The notes under the pieces were generated by a model. It made no database searches. It was not told the origin of the DNA and was given only the letters and a program-made list of their open reading frames with translations. The translations under genes and the position numbers were made by a program. Source: the human T2T-CHM13v2.0 reference genome, Homo sapiens. From it: 64,000 nucleotides of DNA. Positions 41,601 through 55,700 of the stretch are shown here, in pieces. Where the stretch lies: NCBI RefSeq assembly GCF_009914755.1, contig NC_060926.1; one strand, 5' to 3'. Numbering within the stretch: the stretch's first letter is position 1; every line of letters starts with the position of its first letter.

Positions 41601-42744
41601 TGTGTCATCCTCTCAGCCTGACATGCAGAGATACAAAATAAATTTTTCTTGACTTTAAATAAAATGATATAATATTAAGAAGGTTAATTGCTTCTTACGG
41701 TCTACAGAATTTTATGTTCCAGGTACCAATTTCCACTTATTTTTTAATATGTATTTAAAAACTAAAAATAAGTTAGCAGTTTGTATTATCAATAAATAAT
41801 TTATCATCCCCAAACAATCTGGCATATTTCTCAGAACTGCATTTTACAAAATATTTCCAAAATAACCAATATATTTTAAGCAATTTTCCTTTGAAGAAAT
41901 CCCTCAAAATGTGACAGAAAAACATTTTCCTTGTGGATTTTTATATACCTTTGTTTTTCAAATCAAACACTGTATTCAAGCAAAGCCTAACTTTGGAATC
42001 TTATATTAAGTAAAACAGAAAAATCCCAAGCTGCTACAGAGCTCCAAATGCTTAATCCCCCTTTCTGCAGCCCAGCTTCTCCCCATCTGCTGGCTTTCCA
42101 AAAGGAGCCTCAAAAAGCACCACTCTCAAAACAGGATGAATAGTGTTGCAACGCTCTGTTCTAAGAGACCACTATCCATAGCAGATGCTCAATGATTTCA
42201 GAACCAAGAAATTGGGTGAGCAAGGTAGGTGTTTTGAGTAGAACTGATTTGGTCATCAGTTAAATTTGCATCTCTACTATTTTTTTATGCGAAGTTTTTC
42301 TCTGTGATATTACATCTTCAAATTTGTATCCCCTCTTGTGCCAAGTGGCTGTCCAAAACCTTCAATTAGAATCTATATTAATCTAGTTTGTTTATGAGAA
42401 GATGAGTGGCCTGCCGACACCCATAAATGCATTAGAACATGTCCTGGAAAATTTTATTTTTGTTATTTCAAAAATGCTAACATGGTTTTTATTCATGACC
42501 TTGATTTTATCTCAAATTTGGGCAGATGCTATGAGGACATGACAAACAGGGAGAATAATTTGTGTATTATCAAGGACAGAGGAACATTGAAAGTATTCAG
42601 AAAAAAATTGAAAATTATCTATTACCAGTTATCTGCAGCTCTGGGAGAGAGAGAATGTTTAAAATATTCTCTTTGGATATGAATTTTTATTTCATGGGTT
42701 AATACTGCAATATTTCATAATTTTTACATAGATTTCAGAATTCT

Positions 42745-42925
42745 CTTTATTCTTTCTTCAACAAATAATGTTTGCTTTGATTTAGGCACTGTTCTGATAC
42801 CTAGAGGTACAAAGTGAACAAACAAAATCTCTAGCCACACAGAGCTTATATTTCAGCAGTGGTAACAGACAATAATTGAGATAAGTAAGTAAAATGCAGA
42901 GATTTTCTTGTTAGTAATAAGTAGT
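42745..42925 (-). mobile_element. L2 3' end
   Basis: ttcaacaaataatg ... taggcactgttctgatacctagaggtacaaagtgaacaaacaa ... gagcttatatttcag. Confidence 0.7.
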
Positions 42926-45132
42926 ACTTATAAATTGATATCAATATAATACTAAAAATTTTTTATATTTCCCATCTTTAACCTAAAACATTTATTAATA
43001 AGCTTTCAGTGAATTTTTCTTGCTCTTTATTTTCCAAACATTTTAGCCTTTTTCTTTATGTTCCTTACTTTTAACTCTGGTTCTTCAGCCTCTGCACCCT
43101 ATTCTTCCTGAACAATTTCTCTCTCTAAATGATTTGTGTTCCACTGGCAGCTCTGTACTAAAGAAAGTGATATATCCTGATGAAGCCATTAAGCACTGTA
43201 CTATGGACGTTAAGAGGATGATATAGGCGTGATTTCAATCATGCAAAAGGAAACTACCCTCGTTCTAAGAAGGAAAAGCACCAGAGAGCTTAACCCACTG
43301 TAGTTTACATTTTCATTTCATTAGATTCAAATCTGGGGATGTCAGAAGAAATTAACACTTTTCCCCCACAAGGCAATCACTGTAAGTATCATCATCATCA
43401 GATGTGTGTTGCACACCCGCAGAGAGCAGGGCTGGGACTTGGAATGCACAGCACACTGAGAAGAACCAAAGTACAAATTGAGGAGAAATGGGTTGATAAT
43501 ATGGAAAATGTATTAAAATAAAGTTGGACTCTTCACCTTGTGCTGTCAAGATTTTCTGTAAAAATGACTGTTGCACAAAAGTCATAAAATTGTTTTTAAG
43601 CTCTGTTATAACCCCAAATTATGTTTAAGTATCTGTTTAGTTACCCTTGCACTTAAAGTATTACAGTACTTAATTTTCTTTGAAACATAGATGTAATCTG
43701 CTTTATGAAATAGATCCTTAACTGGCATATAGAAATCATGTATTTTGAGTAAATTAAGTTTTAAACTAAGAACAGGTCATAGAAGTAAAGTAAGGTCTAT
43801 GAGAAAATGTGTTTACCTAATGCAAAATTAGAGTAATTGTGCTTTAATTTGATATTATTATAGGGATGAATATGAAATAATAGGATGTTTAAGCCACTTC
43901 ACCTATATTTTCTATTTTGTTAATGCTTAATTTCATGTTTATTGAAACATTTCTTGATTATATGATACATAGTATATATACCATTTTGGTATACACATAG
44001 TATCAAATTAAGTTCTATAAAGTATATGGTACTTTGATCAAATTATTAACAAATCCTTTCTAACAGATCAAAGATATTTGCTCTTAAGCAGGGCCAGCTC
44101 AAAGTAAAAATAAATTAGAAATAGCTTTAATTCCTTTAGCAAATACTATTTTAACAAAGCCTGCACTGTCTTTCATAATGAAAAATTCTGGATAATGAAA
44201 TGTATATCTTATAAGCATTAAAAACAAAAATCAAGCATTCAAAATTAAAATTATACTATAATATAAAACTCACTGATATTCTTACTGGCAATTTAAACTA
44301 GTTAAACACTAAGATTTTTTTCAACACAAATCTACTTTCTCTGAAAAATATTAAATATATTTCAATCTTTTTTTGAAATCTAGGTTCATAATTAATAATA
44401 CCAATTATTTAAGTGAGCTATATTAAAAATAAAACCTTAGGGACTGTGGAACTATGAAGGGCCATTTACCTCTATAGAAAATAATACTGTTTAAAGCTTT
44501 AAATCATGGGCCTGCTTTTCTTACCTTATTTTTCCATCTCTTTCTTTCTGTTATATCAAAAGATTTTAGTTTCTAATGCCATTTCTGTAGCTGATAAAAG
44601 CATTTCCTCTACTTGGGATTTCATTATAAATTAATGTGACCTTGGAAAGCAGAAATCAATCTCATTAGAATTAAGTAAAAACTAAGTATATAGACCTGAG
44701 TAAGAATTCTAGGGTTTTTTCTGTAAAAAGTATAAAGACAGTGAAATTGCTTTAAGCCAATCATTTTGGGTGTGTGGGTGTGTTTATGTATGTGTGTGAT
44801 GCATTACTAATTTGTCTTATCTTGATAAATGAGAGGCTATTATTTGGAAATAGATGAAATAGAACTATAATTTAAAAATCTATTTAAATTTAAAGAAGCA
44901 CTCAGGTCTGGTAACTGGTTCATCTGTGCAACTTGTTCTCATAGTTACTGTTTGGAAATTATTATTATTAAATTTGAAAATATTATTTTGCTTTTTAGAT
45001 AGATAGTATCTCATACTGGTGAGGTATTTTTATATGTGCTCAACACCAAATTAAGTTATTATCTTTTTTTATTTTTTGGAGAAGAGGAGACAAATATAAT
45101 CAATGGGCTCTTTCATAAAATAACTTAGATGC

Positions 45133-45907
45133 TGCCAGAAGCTGTGGGAGCCCACCCCTTGCATCGGCATGCCCTGGATGTGAGACATGGAGTCAAAGGA
45201 GATTATTTTGGAGTTTTAACATTTAATGACTTCCCTGCTGGGTTTCAGACTTGCACGGGGCCTGTAGCCCCTTGGTTTTGGCCAATTTCTCCCTTGTGAA
45301 ATGGGAACATTTACTCAATTCTTGTACCCCCATTTTATCCTAGAAGTAACTAGCTTGCTTCTGATATTACAGGCTCAAAGGCAGAAGGGACTTGCCTTGT
45401 CTCAGATGAGACTTTGGACCTGGACTTTTGAGTTAATGCTGGAATGAGTTAAGACTTTGGAGGACTGTTGGGAAGGCATGATTGGTTTTGAAATGTTGAA
45501 AAGAAACAAGATTTGGAAGGGGCTGGGGCAGTGATATGGTTTGGCTCTGTGTCCCTAACCAAATCTCATCTTGAATTTTAATCCCCACATGTCAGAAGAA
45601 GGGCCTGGTGGGAGGCGATTGAGTCATGGGGCAGACTTCCCCCTTGCTGTTCTTGTGATGGAATTCTCACAAGATCTCGTTGTTTGATAAGTTTGTAGTT
45701 TTTTCCCCTTGGCTCTCTCCTGTTTCACCATGGTAAAGACGTGCTTGCTTCCCCTTCACCTTCCACCACGATTGCAAATTTCCTGAGGTCTTCCAGTCAT
45801 GCTTCCTGTTAAGCCTGTAAAATTGTGAGCCAATTAAACCTCTTTTCTTTATAAATTTGCCCAGTTTTAGGTAGCTCTTTATAGCAATGTGAGAACGAAC
45901 TAATACA
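45133..45907 (+). mobile_element. MSTA internal 3' fragment (45133-45531) plus MSTA LTR (45532-45907)
   Basis: gggagcccaccccttgcatc ... gatttggaaggggctggggcag, then tgatatggtttggctctgtgtcc ... ctaataca; GATGC flanks both ends. Confidence 0.9.
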
Positions 45908-45977
45908 GATGCTAACTGGGGAACAGGGAACTATGTAAGTGAAAAATGGACTAAAAATATAGGATGACACTACAAAG

Positions 45978-46147
45978 AGGTGGTATTTTGAACTATGTGT
46001 GGTTCCTGGCCTAGCAGCATCTACTTCATCTGGTAGCTTGTTACACATGCAGACCTGTAGGCCCCACCCCATACTTGCTGCATAAGAATCTGCATTTTTA
46101 TAGGCTCCCCAGGAGGCCCATTTGCACCTTAACATTTAAGAAATTGT
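45978..46147. mobile_element. MER5A-type hAT-Charlie DNA transposon
   Basis: agcagcatc ... agcttgttacacatgcagacc ... aggccccacccca ... agaatctgcatttt. Confidence 0.8.
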
Positions 46148-47530
46148 TTCATAGTAGACCACTGCAGATTTATTCTGATTATAAACATTTTTGAACTGCA
46201 TGGAAGATGCCACGCAATGCATAGCAGAAACATAGAAAGGAGTACACACCATAAGAGGCTCTAGATCTCAAAGTCCAAATAGCGCTAACTCTATATCCAA
46301 GAAAATACACACCTAGGGAGACTACTGGGAGATAGGAAAGGCTGAGCAATCTCTCAAATTATCTCTTAGTGGTAAATTCTTGATAGTCTACTAAGTTCAA
46401 ATCTTTTTCTTTGAGGACATAATCCTTTTAAAAAGAAAAATACACCCTAACTAATTCCACTTTATCTGTCTAAATCTTAGCAGCCCTAGAAACCCAAAGT
46501 GAATTCCTATCTAGACAATTTTCTTGATATTGATTTTCTTGATCTTAGTGCTAGGCAGGGCTATTTGCATGTGTATGACCACATATGCTTCTGTGTATTT
46601 AAGATTAGAACATAAAGCAAATTATGAAATCCTTCATGAGAGCAGACACAGCATATGATTCCTTGCTTTTCTATCAGCATATACTGTAATGTGTGTCCCA
46701 TAGAGACAAGAAGGAGAGAGCTGAGTGTCATAAAGGACAGCTAGAGAGACTACATGCCTGGGACTGGGAGGCTACAGGAAAGAAGATGGGTTTTCATGGC
46801 TCTCTATTTTGCCCAGGTATGCTCCAGGGTACTAACAATCTCACTCTTCTATAAGTTTTTTTGGGAAACCACAAGAATGTTGTGAAGGGTTAACACAGCT
46901 ATTGATTTAGTTTGCAATTGTGGAAGCATTCAGGGTTAAGTGTAATCCTTGCATCCCTGTTAGTAACCTGCCTATATCCTAAACCATCTCCAAGTGAAAG
47001 CTTGCAACCCTGGGCATTCCCCATATGCTTTGGCATCAGTCTTTGGCATTCACTGTTGTTTCATAAAATAACATCCTTCTTGAAACCAGATTGGGAAAAA
47101 AAAAATCAAGGGAAATCCTTGGCAATTTGCCTTGAATCCCAGTAGATGTTATGCTTTTCTACAGAGAGCACAGGCAGGTAGACTCGAGATGAGCCAGCCT
47201 TGCTCAAGGACCAGATGCAGGTGAAGAGAGAGCAAGACTCCCGGAATGAAGTCTGTCCTTCCTCATAGCAAGCCCTCATTCAATTTACCTCTCCCATTTG
47301 GTGGGAGTAAGAAAATGAACAGGCTTACTAATGCCATCATCCAGAAGTAAAAATTTAATATGTCTAAAATTTTTACATTAAATCATTTTATTTTCATTGT
47401 TCACATCTAGGTACAGTTTAGTAAAAGCAGTACAATTTTTAACATGATTGACCATGTGATGAAAAGAGTAAGATTCTGATTTTAGAGACATAATATATAG
47501 AACAAATCCTCTACTTAAGCCAACATTTTC

Positions 47531-48149
<619 letters not shown>

Positions 48150-50606
48150 CTAAAGCAAGGCATAAATATGAATTTTTAATGGGAGCCCTTTGTCATTCTA
48201 ATAAAGAGAAAGACTACCTGCCCCAGATCTTTGTTACAAAGATCTGTGAGTCAAAAAGCATAATTTTAGCTGCCAACCAATCCTTTAGAAATCAGCCTAC
48301 TTCCTTTTTTAATGCTTTTTGTCTTTCTGCAAGTTTTTCTGTTTGTTCCTTACTCCTGGAGTGAGCAGCAGAGAAGGTAAAATACAAATGTATTCACAGT
48401 CTGTTGATATGTATTCAAAAATAATCTTCTGGAGAGGGTGCCCATATGTTCTGGTTGCCCAATTTATGCCATTTGTCCCAGCAACGCATCCTATATCACT
48501 CTCAAAAGTGTTCAAGTCTGAACAATGAGTTTCATGGTCACCTTAATCCTAAATTAACAACTGTAAGTGAGAAGCGTGGAGAAGTGCATTCGTATCTAAA
48601 TAATTCTATTTTCTGCTTTTCAAAGCCGTTCCTTAAGTAGAGAGCATGAATGTCATTCAAAATGTGTTTTTTAAAAAGGAATAATTGTATAAATTTTAAA
48701 AGGTTTATTATGGTCTCCAACATATATGCCTGATGACAAATTCTCTACTCTTATCCTTTTTTGAAAGGATTAGGAAAACTTTCTAACGTCAACAACTGGG
48801 ATGAAAATGTAATGTCAATAAAATGTCAAAACATAAATCTAAAAATACTTTTATTTAAAACAAATGAAGCCATCATTTATATAATTCCATTAGGTTTTCT
48901 GCCAGACCCTAATTCAAAATGTGTAAATTATTAACCACATTACATTGTATTCAGTTCTTCATTTTTCACTAATAGGTGGCTGCCTAAATTTCTACAGTTG
49001 CTATAATTTTTCTTGAGAATTTATAGAATTTTAATATTAGATTACATGAAAAAATACTAGCATTTTTTTAACCTTACGTTTTTACTCACCCTTTTCAACT
49101 ACTGAAACTCAATTTATTAAAAGTGTAAAAGCAGCCAGAGGAAGGAAGGAACTCTGCTGCAGCTGCTACAAACCCAAATTTCTGAAAACTGGAAATATCT
49201 TGCAGTTATTCAGCCTCCATACCTCAAAATTAATAAGAAAATAAACTTGCACTACAAATTTGTACCCTTTCTTCTTGGAAATTCAGGGAAGTGTCATTAT
49301 GAGATTGTTGTGATTCTAATTTAAATTCAGAATTTCTAACAAGCTTCCTGCCAACATTCAGAACTTATTTGTCTGTCCATCCATCTACCTACCTGCCTGC
49401 CAACCTGTATGTTTTGCCATCCACCAACTCAAATTCTCTTACCAGGATCCTAAATATGTCTACCCCCTGTAAAGCAAGACCTTATGCCTCAGTTCCCCCA
49501 TTTGAGCTGACTTTGCTTCTCTAATTGTTAGCATGATGTCTCATCTTAATCAAAAGCCTGCATCTGACCATTACTCCTCCATTCTTGAGAAACAGCACAG
49601 GAAAGCACCACGTTCACTCACATACAACTAAGCACACTGGAAACACCGTTTGCCCAGGCTGGATCTATTAATAGATATCAGCATGTAGTGAAAAGTAGCA
49701 CTGAAAATCAAGTTCTAAAGTTCAATGTGTAGGTGTGGTTTCAAGTTACTCCGATACTCCGACCACAGAAGCATCAACAGAATGAAGATCAAAACAAGGT
49801 GATATCTGCTGAGATAATTACTCTGGAACATAAAGTTAGCTCAGAGAGTGAAAGGCGGGCCTAGTTCACTCCTCTTTCTAGCATTGTCAGCATCAGGGAA
49901 CCAGAGTTCATCTGCAGTCCATCTTCCATTGTCCTGCTTTCAGGCTCCTAATCCACCTTGTCTTCCTGCATATAGAGAGTCTATTTTGTGGCCTACAGTA
50001 GGTCTTAAATTATACTCAACAATCTATAGGCTAAACCTTCTATTTGGAGGACTATGAATCTTACTTGACTCTAATATATCACCAGCTTCCCGGACCAGGG
50101 ACCACACTTAGTTACATGGGAACCAATGCAGGCACCAGTCTCAAGCTTGAATTTTAACTTGAGATATTGAGCTATCGGATTCAAACGATCAATCTGCCTC
50201 CTGGAAGCTTAATTTCAATGCTGACTGCTTGAATCCTAAAGATTAGATATCCTTGTGGAAGTTCCAGGTTTTGTAGACATCTCTACAACCCCATTCTGTG
50301 GGTTGTTTTAAAACATATTTTGCTGGACATTCCAGGTTTCACCAGGTGTTGATTAAGAGAATAAAATAGGATGATGTTCACACTCACCAGATCAAAGCTC
50401 CAGGCAGGCAGAGAAGGAGAATGAAGGACTCTAAAAGGGCTTCACACACAGCCATCAGAGATGGATAAACAAATCTATTTTAAATCCTTGTAATAGTTTT
50501 AGATAATTGGTGTCTGTGATTTGTAAAGGGTTTAATATAAAGATCAGTGTGCAACTAAATACCACACAAAATCAAAATTGGAAGAAAAAGGAGAAAAAGT
50601 CATGAC

Positions 50607-50767
50607 TTTTTTTTTTTTTAGACAGAGTCTCACTCACTCTGTCACCCAGGCTGACAGCAGTAGTACCATCTCAGCTCACTGCAACCTCCGCCTCCTGTGT
50701 TCAAACCATTCTCCTGCCTCAGCCTCCTCAGTAGCTGGGATTACAGGCGTGCCACCGTGCCCAGCTA
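50607..50767 (-). mobile_element. Alu right monomer only (5'-truncated AluS)
   Basis: Poly-T plus right arm ending cccagcta; TSD gtcatgac at 50599-50606 and 50769-50776. Confidence 0.9.
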
Positions 50768-51037
50768 GGTCATGACATTCTTAAGCAGAAGTCTTTCAAC
50801 ATTTTGGCTGAAACTGGTTTGAATCTTAAGAATAAACAATGTGTCAAATTTATTCATGGTTCCTGACAAACCTCTAGTTAGTACTGAAAGAAAATTTCAG
50901 GAGAATGTAAATTGTGCAACTAATTATCCTCCATGGCCTACTTTACTTTGAAAATTATGCTCATGAGGAACTCTATTTCAGAGAACATCAGTGTGTATCA
51001 GATAAATGGTAAATCTATGTTGCCATTTAATTTGTGC

Positions 51038-52398
51038 TAGACCTCAAAATTGTGATCTTCTATATTTTACAAAACCTTGAAATTCCCCTCTGCAGGGATT
51101 CTTCTGTGATTTTAGGTTGGATATAATTATAAACAAATTTTAGAGCAACTGAGTACATAACAAGAAAGCTAACCTTGGAGAGAAGCTGCACTAAAACTAC
51201 AAAACAACTATGAAGACAGGGAGTAATAGAAGAGAGAAACAAAGAAGAGAGAAGAGAGAAACAAAATAACAATTTCGTGGTAATTTGTTTTGGTAAAACT
51301 AGCAGAAAAAAATGGCATTATCAGTTGCTCTAACCCTCATGAATTTACAAACTGAGATAATTGTTTATATTTGTAGATGTTAAATAGAATAAATGTATAT
51401 ATGTAAATCAAACTTTTCTGCCTGCATTTGGCTAATGTTAATAACTATCTATAAATGGTTCTAGCCTAAAAAGAAGTTTGTAACTGGTAATTAAAATCTC
51501 AAAATTGATGCCCATAAATTAAAGACATCTTATATAAATCATAGAAATTATAGACCTCTCAAAGTTGAGGTCTATAAATTAAATCTTACATTTTTTAGTT
51601 GATTATGTTGTTGATAGGACTACATAGTATGAAATATTTTAGTAATAGTTATCTTCCCAATTACCTTTAGATTTTAACCTAATACTAAAACATTTGGGTA
51701 TTGCCATTATAAATTACCATAAAAAATCATTTGCTGCTAATACTGTATTTGCACAGTGCTTATTTGGTATTAAATAAATATTTACATTAATTAGTTGATC
51801 TTTATGAATCAGATATCCTTTACAGATGAGGAAACTGAGCTTTGAAAAGCCCTTGTGATTTACTCAAAGTGACAGACAAAAATAAGTCAGACAAAGGACT
51901 CATAACCTGGAATTATGCTTAAAATCTAGATACCTCAATCAAGTATCTCATTGCATGAATATGCATTAATGACTTCTTTATTTATTTTGGACCCTATTGA
52001 TGCTGGGAAGTCTAAGAAGAGTAATACTGATAGAGATATATGTACCAATACCTAAAAGAAACACGAATAGCAATAATAATAATAGAGGGAGGAGAAATGT
52101 AAAACAATGAAAAAGTAAAACACATAAATGACAACAGGTATATCAGAGTTTGTACTATCATGAACTATAAGGACAAATAAATTATATTTAATACATTAGT
52201 TGAATTTAATGCAACAGGTAGTTATTTTCAAAATATCTATTTTAATTCAGGCAATTTTAGTGTCCGTAGCTACTCCAAATAATTTCAACATAAAGTTGTA
52301 GACCTCAAAACTGTGATCTCTGGTATTGTATTCAACCGTGAATGCCATCTTTGTATGAATTCTTCTGTGATTTTAAACAGGATATAATTACAAGCAAA
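51038..52398. repeat. dispersed 100-bp direct repeat pair (51038-51137 and 52299-52398)
   Basis: Manual ungapped alignment 75/100 identical, offset 1261 bp. Confidence 0.85.
51740..51915 (-). mobile_element. MIR SINE
   Basis: Core ctttacagatgaggaaactgag ... tgatttactcaaagtgacag. Confidence 0.75.
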
Positions 52399-52454
52399 AT
52401 GTAAATAATTTTTACAAGTTTTTACGAATGGACAAAATAATGAGATAATTCATC

Positions 52455-52618
52455 CAGAGCAACATTGTCCAATAGGACGTCTGCATGGAAATATTCTATA
52501 TTTGGCAAGTGAGCACTTGAAATGTGCCAAATAAAACTGAGAAACCGGGTTTTCACTCTTATTAATTCAAACCATTTAAATTGAAACAGCCACATGTCGT
52601 AAGTGTTGGACAGTGCAG
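52455..52618. mobile_element. MER3 hAT-Charlie DNA transposon
   Basis: ttgtccaatagg ... tgagcacttgaaatgtg ... aaacagccacatgt ... ttggacagtgcag. Confidence 0.8.
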
Positions 52619-52624
52619 GTCTAG

Positions 52625-52780
52625 AGCCTTCCCACTCAAAGTGTGATCTGGAGACCAGTGGCACCACCATCACCAGGGACCCTGTTAGAAATGCAGAATC
52701 AGGATGCCCTGAATCAGAACACTTATTTGCAAGCTCTCCAGTTGATTTCAAGTGCATGTTTAAAGTTTGAGAAGTATTAA
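52625..52780. mobile_element. MER5A1-type DNA transposon
   Basis: actcaaagtgtg ... tgttagaaatgcagaatc ... aaagtttgagaag. Confidence 0.8.
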
Positions 52781-55700
52781 TCTAATGGCATTGTCTATGC
52801 TGCATAGTTTCAAATTTTATGGAAAATAAAAATCATGACATTACTTTCAAGAGTACTGTTTGTGACTATATCTACTGAAAACACAGTATTTCCATGAACA
52901 TTAAAAAGCCAGGGAATGAGTGGGAGACTTGCAAATATCCAGATATTTGGCATGATGTTTCCAAAATATCCAGCTCACACATGCCCTTCACGTGAAAGTT
53001 TGCCTCTGAGACTGGCATCATGTAGGTGCCCACCACGTCCCTCAGAGCTGCACATGGCTAACTTGCTCACTGTATACTTGTAAATTCTCATGATGATCTG
53101 AACAAAAAAAAGTAAACTTTTTCCAGAATGGTTTCTGTCATTAGACAATTAAAGGAGAGTAGGTACCAAGTGTAAAGGGTTGTACTTCTCTGCATTTGCC
53201 ATTTCCTACACACAGACCAGAAACTCCAACTCACCAGAGAATAAGTATTAACACTGCCTGAAAATAAAAAATGTTATCACCATCTAAACCACTGTATCTT
53301 TTCCCTTAATGTTTTAGTTTGGAGGTGTTTTAAACTTAGGCAGCTGTAAAGTAGACAAGTAATTTCTGACTACTGGCCTCCTCTGACATGTCAAGGAATA
53401 GGAAAAGAATGTCTTGTGCAAGAAAATGAAAAGGACACCATGTGCATTAAGAACCACAGTTAACGTTTTTTTAAATACTTTTCTTGCTGTTTATTTTAAT
53501 TTCCTAGTATGCTAAATCATTCTAAATAGAAAACATTCTGATTTTATCAATTTAATTGAATTACTGAAGCAAGATAATCTGTAACATTAGGCTCCTTGGG
53601 ATTCAGCTTTACAGCCACTGGACAGAAGTGGAGCCGGTGGCCCTTCACTATTGTCATTTGAGGCATGTCACCATATATCAAACAAGAGGCCCACCTGCTT
53701 GTCACTTTTTTCTCTAAGTTACAAAACTCTGTGTTAAATTTGAAAAGTAGGTACAAAAAGAAAAATGTAATCTATTATCCTCAGCCATCCTTTGGAAAAC
53801 AAATAATCCTTCTATCCCTCTTTCTTTGACCTCCTAACACAGATTGTTTATTCGGTTTATTTTTACTTTGGGAGGCTTAGAAAACCAAACCTGCTTCTAA
53901 TGGGATGATACTGAACAAGAAAGTTTCAAATAGAGAGAACTGAAAGGAGAGTGGCATGCACATGATTGGGAGGCATCCTGTGCACATAAGAGAAGTGTGA
54001 ATCATTGGGAGGACTGCCAGCAAGAGAAATCAGTTCACTGTGAATGTGTAGTCTCAGATTCAGCTGACCCCCAGAGTTACCTGCAAATATTTTATTTTTC
54101 TTTGGTCAGTTTCTTCACCCATTCTCCAATGGTGTAAGTTCAGAGCTGTAGCTCTTCTCTATGACCACCACTATCCCAGGCTCTTCCCTCTTAAGAGATA
54201 ATTCAGAGGCCATTAGGTGAGAAACCTTTTAACTTGCTGCCCTCCAACCATACATGCTTCTAGATAAAATCCCTTTTTTTTCTCCATTTCTCCCATTTCA
54301 GTGGGCAGGCATTTCATTTTCTGTCCCAGGGTAATTGTTCTACTTATTTTCTGGATAATATACTCCCCACATTGTCAAGGAAATCAAAGAATTAACTAGT
54401 CCCTTTCACTTCAAATACGTAAGTGTGTTCTTTAGTAATACTTTCTATTCAATATATAAAGAAGTATATATATATCTAACTTGTTAAAAATATCTATTAA
54501 AAAATACAGCTCCCTTTAATATTATGTTTCATTCTGGTCATGTTTTATCTTCTGTATTTCAGGCAAACGAATGAAAGAGAAACCTATCTTTATAATACTT
54601 TCAAACACACCAAAATTCTACTTTCCTCTAAACATTTTTTTGCAAAACTTTCTCAACATATTTTCCAGTAATCTATAGCTATAAACTGTGTACTTGCATG
54701 TGTGTGTGTTTTGCTTTTAATCTTAGCTAACCTGTCCACAATATTTAATCCTGATAACTACCTGTTACATCTAGATACTATTCCTCATGTAGTCCCCATG
54801 AGTACATTGCCTTTGCTTTTCTTCCTGTTTCCATCTTATACTCAATTGTTATAGCCTTCTCATTTTGAACTCTATACATTGGTATGCTTTTCTAAGCCCT
54901 CTTTTCTTCTCTTACATACTTTCCCCTGCTAGCCTATCTTATCTTTGCTTATAACTTTACTTACATTATTTACACTGGTGACGTAGTAATCTCTCTCTCT
55001 CCAGCCTTTTCTTTTCTGAAATTAGCCCTGTGTATTCAACAAACTTTAGGGCATTTATACTTTATCTTTATAAACATTGCCTTTTAAAATCAATATATTC
55101 AAAAAAACAGGGCATTTTCTTTCTCCCAACATTCTAGAAGTCCATTCAGTGAATTCTCAAGCTTAATCAATAAAAATAACTATCCCATTCAGGAAATGAG
55201 ACCTCTTCAATACCCCCATCTCCTTTGCCTCTCATATCAAAGAATTATTTTACTTCATAGACTCTATCTCCCGTATCTTTGGGTCCCTAGTATATCTCTT
55301 TTCTTAGAGAAAACACAACAATTGTGTGTATGAGTATTTTAATTCACAGTTGTGAAATTGATTGTAAAATATGTATTGTATACTATTGGTATAATTCTGC
55401 CTGAGTTCTGAAGAAAGAAAAGATTCCATGTGTTCTAAGAGACACTGTTTCAATCTTGTTTCTTGAATTTTTACAAAATTAGGTATGTTCATGTCTGTTA
55501 TGTACATGTTTGAGGAAACAGGTTATACTCTGTTCTCTTTTGTACTCCTAAACTTTGACACATGGCTCATGATCAATACACATGTTAAAATTCACATGTA
55601 TATAAATAACCAGATGACTGGGACTTTGTACATGGATAGAATTGATCTGTGCTCTTTAGTATCCTGAAAACCATAGAAGTAATGATGAAGGTTTGACTTT

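Noticed and set aside
43963-44005. Imperfect hairpin as a possible miRNA precursor
   Set aside because: Too short, TA-rich and low-complexity; such stems are common in AT-rich DNA
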